Of a stretch of 53,266 nt of DNA, positions 17,985-26,570 are shown one piece after another. The DNA comes from a virus (taxonomy: Duplodnaviria > Caudoviricetes): the IMG/VR virus record IMGVR_UViG_3300035183_000848, positions 1-53,266 of that record; one strand, 5' to 3'. Numbering within the stretch: position 1 is the first letter of the stretch; the number at the start of each line of letters is the position of its first letter. The notes beneath the pieces were generated by a model. The model had not been told where the DNA came from and made no database searches. It worked only from the letters and a program-made list of their open reading frames with translations. Made by a program: the position numbers and the translations under genes.

Positions 17985-18548
17985 TTATAAAGTTCTAAAA
18001 GAAATAAAAAAAATAAAGTTAGAAACAAGAAAACTATAAATTTTTTCATAGAATGAATTAAATTTATTAGAAATTTCTTTATTAATAAAGAAAACTTTGG
18101 CTGCGCGGGTAGGTTCTGCCCCTACATGCTTTTTAGGGCGCCGGCTTAACAGGCCGGTGCGTCTGCTATTCCGCCACCGCGCATTTTTTAAACTTAAATG
18201 TTGGCATTTCCGGCCACAAAAAATATCTCCACTATTACTTTTATTTTTTCTATATTGATATTCATTAGGTGTTAAATAAAAAACTATTTCGCATTTTGAA
18301 CAAATAACATCAATTTTTTCTATTTGACTATGTTGACTTGAGTGCAAGCTTCTTTTCATTAACTTCAAGTTTTCAATTCTATTATCTCTCTTGTCACCAT
18401 TTAAATGGTGAATTATTTCATCTTCTTTAATTAAAAGATTTTTTAATTTCCAAAAAATAAAATGATGCTCGTATGCATATTTCCAACGATACTTTTTACC
18501 TGGGTAATTCTTTGGAACAAGAACTAGATTATATGGACCATTCTTCAT
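17985..18548 (-). CDS. HNH homing endonuclease (frame runs through the tRNA)
   Basis: YAYEHH...IIHHLNGDKRDNRIENL..HS..H, then CSKC...FCGRKC. Confidence 0.8.
   Translation of the reverse strand: MKNGPYNLVLVPKNYPGKKYRWKYAYEHHFIFWKLKNLLIKEDEIIHHLNGDKRDNRIENLKLMKRSLHSSQHSQIEKIDVICSKCEIVFYLTPNEYQYRKNKSNSGDIFCGRKCQHLSLKNARWRNSRRTGLLSRRPKKHVGAEPTRAAKVFFINKEISNKFNSFYEKIYSFLVSNFIFFISFRTL
18098..18183 (-). tRNA. Atypical tRNA-Asn(GTT), 86 nt
   Basis: Acceptor TGCGCGG/CCGCGCA, G73, encoded CCA; anticodon arm CCGGC-CTGTTAA-GCCGG; T arm GTAGG-GGCAGAA-CCTAC; 15-nt variable region. Confidence 0.75.
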
Positions 18549-18676
18549 TTTTTAAATTTTATAAGAATCTTTTTAACTAAGAAAGCCAACACTTTAATGA
18601 AAGTTAAAGACAAAAAAGAGCCAAAGACAACAAAACTAGTGGTTAAAAATACAAATATAAATATGTCTTTTACCAA
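18545..18676 (-). CDS. Small membrane protein (43 aa)
   Basis: TTG start, long hydrophobic stretch, ATGA-coupled to HNH. Confidence 0.4.
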   Translation of the reverse strand: MVKDIFIFVFLTTSFVVFGSFLSLTFIKVLAFLVKKILIKFKK

Positions 18677-18680
18677 TTTT

Positions 18681-18971
18681 CTAAACCCCTATCGCAATGT
18701 CATTTGCTTTTTTTAAAGCTTCCTCCGCCAAACCAGGGCCATAATTAACTTTGGTTTGACAATAGTCACACCATCCATAGCCATCCCCCATAGGCCTAAT
18801 ATTTTTTAACCCTTGATTGTGTTCATGTCCTAACCGCAACTCTTCTAAAAAACCGCTCAAAACCAAAACTATTGTTGCCAATTTCTTGGCTTGTATCGCT
18901 GCCAATACTTTGCAAAAATCTGAGTCAGAATCTCTTAAAACATTCTCGCAAAACTCTTTAAGCTCTTTCAC
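18681..18971 (-). CDS. Hypothetical protein, paralog of 19693-20010
   Basis: KLA.IVLVLS..L.EL and AL.KAN.IA.G shared. Confidence 0.6.
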   Translation of the reverse strand: MKELKEFCENVLRDSDSDFCKVLAAIQAKKLATIVLVLSGFLEELRLGHEHNQGLKNIRPMGDGYGWCDYCQTKVNYGPGLAEEALKKANDIAIGV

Positions 18972-19270
18972 TATTTAATCCTTGTAATAGATTGATCAAT
19001 TTCATGATCCTTTTTATCAGGCCAACCTAAATCTTCTGCAAATTTGTTTAATGTAACCCATAGTAGTTTTGCTTGAGCTTGATCTATCATACGTGATGAA
19101 ATTATTTTTCCATTTTCTTTAAAAACAATTTCTATTGTAAGTTGATTTCTAGGAGTATTTTTAACTAAAACTGAATAGGTTCCCGAACATCCTTCCCTAT
19201 AAGTGCACTTAAGCGAACCACCATTTCTAGTGAGCGCGATTTGAATATCTCTAGACTTTAAAACACTCAT
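18971..19270 (-). CDS. Hypothetical protein
   Basis: Operon ORF. Confidence 0.55.
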   Translation of the reverse strand: MSVLKSRDIQIALTRNGGSLKCTYREGCSGTYSVLVKNTPRNQLTIEIVFKENGKIISSRMIDQAQAKLLWVTLNKFAEDLGWPDKKDHEIDQSITRIK

Positions 19271-19278
19271 TGTAGGTT

Positions 19279-19499
19279 TTATTTCGCTTTTTTCTTCATT
19301 AAATCAATGCAAACATTTTTAAGTTTCAATGCCAGATGTTGAAGACCTTCAATTTCCCAATCCTTCATTCCATAGAGCTTGAGCTCTTTATACATTTCAG
19401 AGTCTCTCAATGGCATATCAAGAATAACGGCTGATGTTTTTGAGTTAGATTGTAATAATTACATAAATACTGCATTGCTTTTTCATCTTGATGTGACAT
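19279..19499 (-). pseudogene. Small hypothetical gene, apparently frameshifted in an A-run
   Basis: Adding one A in the run at 19437-19441 gives a continuous 73-aa ORF filling the gap. Confidence 0.4.
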
Positions 19500-19525
19500 C
19501 TAAATACCTATTAAATTTTAAAAAT

Positions 19526-19693
19526 TTATCGAACAAGTCTTGCTACAGCTAAAAATAAAACTGTAATTTTGTCGTCGGTACTTAATTCCTTAAATGGGCT
19601 TTCCTTTAATATCTTAGTAATAACAGGTATAGCCCTTTCATTTGGAAAACTATCAAAATACTTGTTCCACCAATCTATTTGGTCATTAGACAT
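19526..19693 (-). CDS. Hypothetical protein (55 aa)
   Basis: TAATG coupling and GAGG RBS. Confidence 0.5.
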   Translation of the reverse strand: MSNDQIDWWNKYFDSFPNERAIPVITKILKESPFKELSTDDKITVLFLAVARLVR

Positions 19694-20010
19694 TAATTAC
19701 CTCTCGCGATGGCGTTGGCTTTTTCTAAAGCTATTCTTACTGAATTATCTGCTGCCGCACAGGCATTTACTTCTTCAACTGTAGGACAACATTTATTATC
19801 AAAATAATGACCCATATCTTCCAAATGAGTTGATGTGTGTTCACTTAATTCTTGAAGCTCCTCACTCAAAACCAAAACTATTTGGGCTAATTTTTCAGCG
19901 GAGTTTACGGCAGTAGCTTTATATATGTCATTTGGATGAGAAGATTCATAACCTTCGCCATCGCAAATTGCCCAAGGTCTTGCTGTAGCTTTCGTTGCAT
20001 CTGAGGTCAT
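19693..20010 (-). CDS. Hypothetical protein (ATARPW, Ead/Ea22-like N-terminal motif)
   Basis: Start placed at ATG 20010; paralog of 18681-18971. Confidence 0.5.
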   Translation of the reverse strand: MTSDATKATARPWAICDGEGYESSHPNDIYKATAVNSAEKLAQIVLVLSEELQELSEHTSTHLEDMGHYFDNKCCPTVEEVNACAAADNSVRIALEKANAIARGN

Positions 20011-20339
20011 TTGGACTCCGAGTCTACTCAAACAGGAGGGGGCTGCCAGGCACACCAGATGCGGTGATTTACCAACTAAAGCTCGCCGTATTTGCGGACG
20101 GAAGGTTTTGGCATGACCCAAAGGTCATGATCTCTCGCCACAAGCCCCACCATAGGGTGGATTGGACAAAGAGGGCCAATAAGGGGAAGAGGCGAGAATA
20201 CCTCTCTAACAAGAGACTGCGTGAAATGGGATGGCGGGTTGTGAGGATTTGGGATTCTTCAATCTATAAGAAGCCAGGCACCAAAGAAAGGCTCAGGGCG
20301 CTTCTCCACAAGAAGTTCACGAGGACTATTCGCCTTTAG
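19995..20339 (+). pseudogene. vsr: Very-short-patch repair endonuclease, N-terminally truncated
   Basis: LPGTPD, AVFADGRFWH, LREMGWRVVRIW; the N-terminal MS.IR..TKPE segment is absent. Confidence 0.75.
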
Positions 20340-21262
20340 TTACCTTTTTGAGCACCAAACCATAATTGTCTGAAGACGCTGGGAGTTCGATATCTTGCTT
20401 CCTTACCAGCTTTAGCCCATCAAACTTGTGGAAGTCAACGTGGTGGTGCCACCTGTCATACCTCCACTTCAGGTGGGCGACATCGGGGTGGACCTTCACC
20501 AGCATCTTGCTCTTGTCGAGCGTTCCATTCCTTGCGTATTTTTCACCGCGTTTCTTCATTTGTCCATCTTCAGAGAGGTAAAGCTCCTGGGCGTTTCCGC
20601 CATTCATCGTCTGGGTTGTGACCTTGTTTTGGAGAAACGCATAGAACAGAATCGTGCACCAGCCCGCCTTCAGCATGTCAATGGAAAGTATTGTGTCCTC
20701 GTTGTACCTTCCCCTCCACCTCATGGGAACTTCATTTCTGATGAGGTTGCAGGAATAGATCCTGGTGTTCAGCTGGAAGGGCCTGAGCCTCAAGTTCGAT
20801 GGGCAAACATGTAGTATTGGGGTCCTGCCATTGAGACGTTCTCATACCTTAATACAAAGTCCTCCATGCGGCGAAGCATGCACCGCTCAAGACCCTCACC
20901 TTGCAGTGGTTGTTCAGCCTATAGAAACCCCTGATGTTGTCATCCATGATCCAGTGGAACTTCGCACCGTTTGAAATTGAGTGGTCCCACGCAAAATTCC
21001 TCGCTGGTCCAGACCCCGTTGACTTTGAAAGCCCAAGGTCATCGCAAAACTCATACTTTGACTTGTAGGACATATCGAGGGGTATCACGGTCGTGAGTAA
21101 GTTCATCTTCCTCACCGCTTCCTGGTACGCTTCAACCTCCTGGGGCTCAACGATTATGTTGTGTTCAACACCCATCTCCGTGATGGTACCTGCTCGTCAT
21201 CATGTACTGGGATCTCCCCTTGCTTGGGATATAGAGGGAAATTTTGGCTTATTCTTCTTCAT
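20326..21262 (-). pseudogene. GREB1-like / TET-associated glycosyltransferase (TAGT) split by four 1-bp indels
   Basis: Reconstructs to FPLYIPSKGRS...GSGPARNFAWDHS...HWIMDDNI...NTRIYSCNLI...RWRGRYNEDT...GGN (312 aa). Confidence 0.8.
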
Positions 21263-21983
21263 ACCTCTCGGAGGCCAAGTCATTTTTTTCCTTTTCTGGG
21301 AACCAAATTGACTTAGTTTTTTCAGTGTATTTTTGGCCAATCCTACGGAAGAACTCCTCCACCGCTTGGTCATCTTCAAAACGGACGTTTATGATGCGGT
21401 GGGCCTCCACCCCATCGTGTGAGAACTCTGGCATTCTAACCCATTCTTTTGATGGGTCTTCAACGACCTTGCCTTCACCACCAACCTTTGCGGTAAATGT
21501 AACCTGTTTGGTCTCGGCTGTGTCTGGGAAGTACTCCATCTGGAATGAATTGATGTCAAAGTCAGGGATCACAAATGAGGACGAAATATCCTTGAAATCA
21601 AATTCAGCGGCATGCATGTACTCGAGAAGCCCTATTTGGGTAACCTGACCATATTGGCTCACGTCCTGGAGAACACGGCGCTTGGCTTCCTTCAGGTTTT
21701 TGGCGTGTATCTTGACGTATGGGATGTCTGGGACAATCGCACCCTCCTCACGCATCATCTTTAGGGCCAACAGCCTTTGGTGCCCACCAATGATGATTAG
21801 CTTCTTGTCGCTGTGGTTTTCCCAAACGAATATTGGGAATGCAAACCCTGTTTGAAGTATCTCACGTTTCAGCCTCTTGTAGGCCTCGTCTGGGAGCGCC
21901 TTCAGCCTGCCCTGGAAGTTTAGGAATGAGTCCAGCGGGGCCCGCTCTTTCACGTCACAGGCAATGCGTATCTCGGTTGGCAT
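21249..21983 (-). CDS. ParB/Srx-like N-terminal domain protein
   Basis: LKREILQTGFAFPIFVW..IIGGHQRLLAL; C-terminal W..MPEF...F...IGQ..T.KTKSIWFP typical upstream of TAGT genes. Confidence 0.75.
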   Translation of the reverse strand: MPTEIRIACDVKERAPLDSFLNFQGRLKALPDEAYKRLKREILQTGFAFPIFVWENHSDKKLIIIGGHQRLLALKMMREEGAIVPDIPYVKIHAKNLKEAKRRVLQDVSQYGQVTQIGLLEYMHAAEFDFKDISSSFVIPDFDINSFQMEYFPDTAETKQVTFTAKVGGEGKVVEDPSKEWVRMPEFSHDGVEAHRIINVRFEDDQAVEEFFRRIGQKYTEKTKSIWFPEKEKNDLASERYEEE

Positions 21984-22222
21984 ATATACAAAGCTCCAAT
22001 CAAATTGGTAAATTTTACAATTCTTGGGATGGGTTGAACCAAAACCCAACTATAGGGAAAGTTACCACCAAACAATTTGGTCGATCAAGCGCTTTCAACC
22101 TTAACGAAACCATTAACTTATCACATATCAAAAACCATGCTCCGCAATATATACGACATTGATAAGTTATTGATAATAAAAGGGAAATAATTACGAGTAT
22201 TTATAAGGGTATTATTTTTTTA

Positions 22223-22250
22223 TTGCTTTAGTAATTATGTAAGGTATTAT
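22223..22250 (+). promoter_or_regulatory. Putative sigma70 promoter in AT-rich divergent region
   Basis: TTGCTT-N16-TATTAT; AAGG(G)TATTATTT occurs twice (~22205, ~22241). Confidence 0.4.
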
Positions 22251-22293
22251 TTAATTAATAACAGTTAAGGTTTCATAGGGGTTGGAGGGAATT

Positions 22294-22365
22294 ATGAATA
22301 CCGTAACTTACGTTTCTCTTGAAGCCCTATCCAGTGTCTTTATCCGCCTCTCTTCGAGGCATTAA
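22294..22365 (+). CDS. Micro-ORF (23 aa)
   Basis: GGAGG RBS, MNTVTYVSLEALSSVFIRLSSRH. Confidence 0.4.
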   Translation: MNTVTYVSLEALSSVFIRLSSRH

Positions 22366-22374
22366 GGAGATCTC

Positions 22375-22467
22375 ATGGGAGCCGTAATTAAATCAATACT
22401 TTCTGTCATTCTGATTGTTGAGTTGCCAACAGCATACTTGTTTATAAGCTTGTCTGCACTCAAATAA
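22375..22467 (+). CDS. Hydrophobic micro-ORF (30 aa)
   Basis: AAGGAG RBS, MGAVIKSILSVILIVELPTAYLFISLSALK. Confidence 0.45.
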   Translation: MGAVIKSILSVILIVELPTAYLFISLSALK

Positions 22468-22480
22468 ATAGGAGTAATTT

Positions 22481-23203
22481 ATGATTAAAAAAATTAACTT
22501 GAGTATTAAAGATTTCTTGCCCTTTTTAAACCTTCTTTTTGGGTTGGGGCTTCTAGCAATTGCGTTTTTATTGGTGACGGGCTGTGCTACCCCGCGGACA
22601 AAATGGACTGACCATGTGATGCGCGTCTTGGTGGACCCCGAAGGCGTCACGGCTGACCATTACGTCAGAATCCAGCAAGCCCTAGTTGAGTCTGGAAAGT
22701 GGGTCGTGGTTGACCGTGGAATGGGCTACGACGCCATCAGGAAAGAACAGGAGCGCGAGCATAGGACCCAATCCGACCGGTTCCTTGACCGAGAAAAATT
22801 TGCCCACTGGGGCAAGCTCTATGGCGTTGGAGGGATTGTCGTGGCCCATGCCCAGTGCAAGATTAAAGACGGCATCTTTAAGCACAACTATCCTGACTGC
22901 CACCAATACCTGGCCATTGTTGACTCAAACTCTGGTGAGGTTATCGCGGCAGTCCAGGACCAGCAAGAGGGGGGGTCCTATGACTTCGACGCAGCCCCAT
23001 CTTGGGACAACATCGTGGCCAAGCTAAATAGCGCTTACCCATCGAGCTTCACTCCAAACAAAGACGATAAAATCCTGCGCGACTACAAAGAGCTGAGCAA
23101 GGAAGAAGCGATTAGGCAAAAAGAGCAGCTTGCCAAGGAAAATGCAGCCCGCGCCCCTACATCGGAGAAAGCTGAAAAAAAGGAGGCTTCAAATGAAAAA
23201 TAA
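22481..23203 (+). CDS. CsgG/HfaB/LpoB-like lipoprotein
   Basis: Lipobox LVTG-C; ALVESGKWVVVDR...IRKEQ...GKLYGVGGIV; IVDSNSGEVIA. Confidence 0.65.
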   Translation: MIKKINLSIKDFLPFLNLLFGLGLLAIAFLLVTGCATPRTKWTDHVMRVLVDPEGVTADHYVRIQQALVESGKWVVVDRGMGYDAIRKEQEREHRTQSDRFLDREKFAHWGKLYGVGGIVVAHAQCKIKDGIFKHNYPDCHQYLAIVDSNSGEVIAAVQDQQEGGSYDFDAAPSWDNIVAKLNSAYPSSFTPNKDDKILRDYKELSKEEAIRQKEQLAKENAARAPTSEKAEKKEASNEK

Positions 23204-23390
23204 ATTGGAAAACATATTCGATTTAGCCCAAGAGGACCTAGGCCACAAGGAATACCTGGATGAGGCCATGCAGATGTACAGCGAGGGAATGATTTCTTGG
23301 GTGGGCCTCTTGGCAAAGCTAAACAACCTGCAAACCCAGATCCTCATAGATTCGACCGTGGAAGAAATTAAAACGACCGCCAACCAATAA
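23193..23390 (+). CDS. Hypothetical protein
   Basis: AGGAGG RBS before ATG 23193. Confidence 0.55.
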   Translation: MKNKLENIFDLAQEDLGHKEYLDEAMQMYSEGMISWVGLLAKLNNLQTQILIDSTVEEIKTTANQ

Positions 23391-23402
23391 AGGAGAACGT
23401 AT

Positions 23403-23732
23403 ATGAAGAACTTAAAATCAATGATTGTTGTTGGACTATTGATTTCAAACCTAAGCCTTGCAAATGATGCAGCTGAAAAAATCATCAGGGAGTTTTGCGA
23501 GCACCACAACAAGATGAACGAGATGGACTACCAGCTCCGACATATGCCATATGATGCAAACTTGCAGTCAACACCTGAGATGAAGGCCTTGGAGAAGAAA
23601 ATATTCAAATATGACAACGACAAGCACTACAGGACGATCCACCAAAGGTTCGCAAAAGCATCGAAGAGGAATGGCTCACTGAGCCTGCTTGATTGCCAAA
23701 ACAGGGGTTTGCTAAAGCCAGCACAAAGATAG
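23403..23732 (+). CDS. Secreted hypothetical protein
   Basis: Signal peptide MKNLKSMIVVGLLISNLSLA; two mature Cys. Confidence 0.6.
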   Translation: MKNLKSMIVVGLLISNLSLANDAAEKIIREFCEHHNKMNEMDYQLRHMPYDANLQSTPEMKALEKKIFKYDNDKHYRTIHQRFAKASKRNGSLSLLDCQNRGLLKPAQR

Positions 23733-23765
23733 TTTTCAATTTAAATAAAAAGGAGTGAATTTTTT

Positions 23766-24206
23766 ATGAGCAAGAATCAAGGTACTCCAAATACAATAGA
23801 GCAGGCCATCATCAATGCCCTAACAACACTTAGACCGGATTCTCAAATGGAATTGATAGCAAAAACCATTCGAGAGCACCTCGAGGATTTTTGCTCACAA
23901 AAGGTACAGGTAGATGATGACCTCAAGTCTGAGGCGTATATTGAGTATTTCCAGAAAATCTTTGATATACGCCCCAAGGGATACATCAGGACGCTCCAGT
24001 GGTTTCAGGGAGCAAGGAAGCTCTCTGACTTTGAGAGGAGTGAGATAAAAGACGAAACGGCGCTGGCGGTTTTCGACATCATAGGGTGCAGCAGGTATGA
24101 GAAGTTTGAAACCAAGCCAGACTGCCCAAAGGGCCACGTCATCTTGAGGATCAATTATGATGACTCTCTCACATTGATCCAGGCCAATTACGATACGTCT
24201 GACTGA
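23766..24206 (+). CDS. Hypothetical protein
   Basis: AGGAG RBS. Confidence 0.6.
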   Translation: MSKNQGTPNTIEQAIINALTTLRPDSQMELIAKTIREHLEDFCSQKVQVDDDLKSEAYIEYFQKIFDIRPKGYIRTLQWFQGARKLSDFERSEIKDETALAVFDIIGCSRYEKFETKPDCPKGHVILRINYDDSLTLIQANYDTSD

Positions 24207-24242
24207 CCGAAGTTTTTTGTTTGATTTTGAAGGGGCGCAAGG

Positions 24243-24480
24243 TATGAATAATAGTATGAAAGATGAAATTTTTGTCCCACTACCAAAAGCGAAGAAAGAA
24301 GGGAAAAAGATCCTTGTACAGGTTAAAATCAGCGCCGACATCGTCGCGCTCATGGACAAGGAGTGCAAATCCCGCGGCAGCACGAGAACTGACGTCGTGG
24401 AGTACGGCATCAAGAAATTCCTGGCCCACGTCAATCCACGAGAGGCTTTGAAGCTCGGGATAGGGGAAAAGAGCGACTAA
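24243..24480 (+). CDS. Ribbon-helix-helix (CopG-like) regulator
   Basis: VQVKISADIVALMDKECKSRGSTRTDVVEYGIKKFL. Confidence 0.65.
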
Positions 24481-24945
24481 GTGACACTGCCGAGAGTCGT
24501 TAAAAATCATGAAGATGGAAAGACTTTCGAAAAAATCCTCAAGAACCAGGGAATGCGCTGTGGCTTGCTTGTGCTCAAGAACAACCTCAGTGCGAAGTAC
24601 ATCCAGGGCGGACGCGTGCTGCTCGAAAAATCAAACTTAGACTTCATGATCGCCAACCAAAGAGGGGTTGTCGGTTTCTTTGACGCCAAGTCATTCGACG
24701 GAGATTCATTCAAATTTTCTGAGATTAGTCCCCACCAGTTAGAGCGCGCCAAGCTCTACAATGACTATGAGATACCTGCTGGGTTCGTGGTATTCTTCAG
24801 GGAGCTGAAGAAGGTTTTTTTCTATAGTGGGAAAGCCATGATCACCAAGGGACCAAACAATTCATTTTCCCCTGAGGACGGTGTGTTGCTTGGGAATTTA
24901 TGGCAGTTCAACCTAAGCCTAATTCTTCTGAATGGTGGCGTTTAG
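24481..24945 (+). CDS. recU: RecU-like Holliday junction resolvase
   Basis: GKTFE, KSNLDF, FFDAKS, ISPHQL. Confidence 0.75.
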   Translation: MTLPRVVKNHEDGKTFEKILKNQGMRCGLLVLKNNLSAKYIQGGRVLLEKSNLDFMIANQRGVVGFFDAKSFDGDSFKFSEISPHQLERAKLYNDYEIPAGFVVFFRELKKVFFYSGKAMITKGPNNSFSPEDGVLLGNLWQFNLSLILLNGGV

Positions 24946-25200
24946 CAACTTCTTTAAATCCTGGTCAAAGAAAGATATCCAGCGCTTCGACTCTGGGTTG
25001 CAAAACGAGATGAAGTCAAACTTTCCGTTATTTAGCCTGCGGTAAAATCCATAGTTTTGGAGCTCAGGCTCCTTCTTGCAAAGCTCTTCGGGCAGTCCGT
25101 TGTTCAGCCACGCAGCTGCCTCTATTTCCTGCCTGCTTGGGCAACCAACTAATAAGAGCGCGATTGGAACCAATAGGACCAAAAAAATCTTAAGTGACAT
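24919..25200 (-). CDS. Lipoprotein, putative o-spanin
   Basis: Lipobox LVG-C; last gene of the late transcript. Confidence 0.5.
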   Translation of the reverse strand: MSLKIFLVLLVPIALLLVGCPSRQEIEAAAWLNNGLPEELCKKEPELQNYGFYRRLNNGKFDFISFCNPESKRWISFFDQDLKKLLNATIQKN

Positions 25201-25455
25201 TTACTTAACCCCTGGCAGGGAGTCCCTCACTTCGGTACCCGGCAAGCTAGAAGGCTCCCCTGCAGTCGAGGAGCCCATTGTTTTTTCAAGTTCCCTTTGG
25301 TCTTGCTCTTGTACGGCCTTGCGGATTGCCTCGGCGTTCTCCTTGATCATCGTCGCTATCTTGTTCTGGACATACCAGGCAATGAATTGCTGAAGCCACT
25401 TGTCAAAGATTGGAATTGCACCGGCCACGGCCGCAATCGCAGAGAAGAATGCCAT
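25201..25455 (-). CDS. Putative i-spanin-like membrane protein
   Basis: Hydrophobic N-terminus plus helical charged region, adjacent to lipoprotein. Confidence 0.4.
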   Translation of the reverse strand: MAFFSAIAAVAGAIPIFDKWLQQFIAWYVQNKIATMIKENAEAIRKAVQEQDQRELEKTMGSSTAGEPSSLPGTEVRDSLPGVK

Positions 25456-25803
25456 TTAAACTCCTGGGGACTTGTTTTCGATGGCCTTGACCAAGGTTGC
25501 AGTTTTTGAAGCTATCGTCAGTAGTAAGTCCACTGAGGCCTTGATGATCTCTTGGGCCGATGCGCTTTCGGTCGAGAACAAGCTAGCGGCATAGGCAACC
25601 AAGTCTGCGTCTGCCTCTGGGTTGGCGAGAAGCGCTTCCAACTCTGGCTTTAAATCTGACCAGTTAGAGATGATTGGTGGGGTGTCTTCGCCTGCGCCTA
25701 CAAGTGCGCTGAAAAGTCCAGACCAGTTCTTTGCGACAGCTGCCCTTCCTACGGCAACTAAGTCCATAGTTTCCTTCAAACATGCCTTTAAAAATGGATT
25801 CAA
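25456..25803 (-). CDS. Hypothetical protein (lysis region)
   Basis: AGGAGG RBS, TTG start. Confidence 0.55.
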   Translation of the reverse strand: MNPFLKACLKETMDLVAVGRAAVAKNWSGLFSALVGAGEDTPPIISNWSDLKPELEALLANPEADADLVAYAASLFSTESASAQEIIKASVDLLLTIASKTATLVKAIENKSPGV

Positions 25804-25821
25804 GAGAACCTCCTTTTTTAT

Positions 25822-25977
25822 TTACTTCTTTTTATTTTTTAGAAATAGCTTGGTCAAACATACAATTCCGTCTGCCAACATTTCTAATATCAGCCTAGGG
25901 CCAATCTTCCCAAAAATATATACAACTATTGTGTGTAGTGCGAACCCAAACCATTGTATTTTGTTTTGTGGTGTCAT
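25822..25977 (-). CDS. Small hydrophobic protein (51 aa)
   Basis: ATGA-coupled, fills gap. Confidence 0.45.
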   Translation of the reverse strand: MTPQNKIQWFGFALHTIVVYIFGKIGPRLILEMLADGIVCLTKLFLKNKKK

Positions 25978-26318
25978 ACCCCCATTTTATGGGTAGAAAT
26001 CGCCACCGTCAAAACTTGTATTGCATCTGATTGAGCCTTGATCGTGAGCTCCATCTGGTTGAGTAAACGAATTGTATTGTCAAAAAGTTCCTTGGTGCTG
26101 ATGAGCTCTGCTTGGAGCGACGATATTTGGTCACCCACCATTTCGCGCCAGTACTCATGGGAGTCAATGTTCTTTTGGATGAAGAACGCCGACTTGGCAT
26201 CTATCGGAGCTTCGGGTGCAACCCCAAATCCCCTAAGGTATTGTACAAGGGCAAGGTAGCCCTCTTTTTGGTCCTTGGATTCCCAGGGAAATGCCTCCAC
26301 TGCAGTGTTGAAGTCCAT
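25974..26318 (-). CDS. Hypothetical coiled-coil protein
   Basis: GGAGG RBS. Confidence 0.6.
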   Translation of the reverse strand: MDFNTAVEAFPWESKDQKEGYLALVQYLRGFGVAPEAPIDAKSAFFIQKNIDSHEYWREMVGDQISSLQAELISTKELFDNTIRLLNQMELTIKAQSDAIQVLTVAISTHKMGV

Positions 26319-26330
26319 TTGAAACCTCCA

Positions 26331-26570
26331 TTACTTAACGTATGGCTTTAGTGAATCAGGTATCGGTGGAATCGGCAACCCCTTGGACTGCCTATTTTTG
26401 CAAGCCTCTTGGTAGGCGATATTCATGAGGGAGTTTAGCTTCTCAAGGCGACAGCCCATTTCGTTCAGGACGTCGACCAAGGCAAATATGTGCTCTTTCT
26501 TTGGGTTGATTGAGACGCCTGACTTTATCTGGTAGGCCTCTTTCAACCAATTTCTTTTTATTGTTGGCAC
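26331..26570 (-). CDS. Hypothetical protein
   Basis: GAGG RBS, GTG start. Confidence 0.55.
   Translation of the reverse strand: MPTIKRNWLKEAYQIKSGVSINPKKEHIFALVDVLNEMGCRLEKLNSLMNIAYQEACKNRQSKGLPIPPIPDSLKPYVK

Noticed and set aside
18146-18152. TTA (ochre suppressor) anticodon
   Set aside because: The 7-nt loop CTGTTAA puts GTT at positions 34-36
19927-20015. GTCATTTGGA direct repeat near the island edge as target duplication
   Set aside because: A 10-mer at this spacing is expected by chance somewhere in 53 kb, and it does not flank the island
21249-21983. Plasmid partition system
   Set aside because: No ParA nearby; the context is a DNA-modification-type cassette
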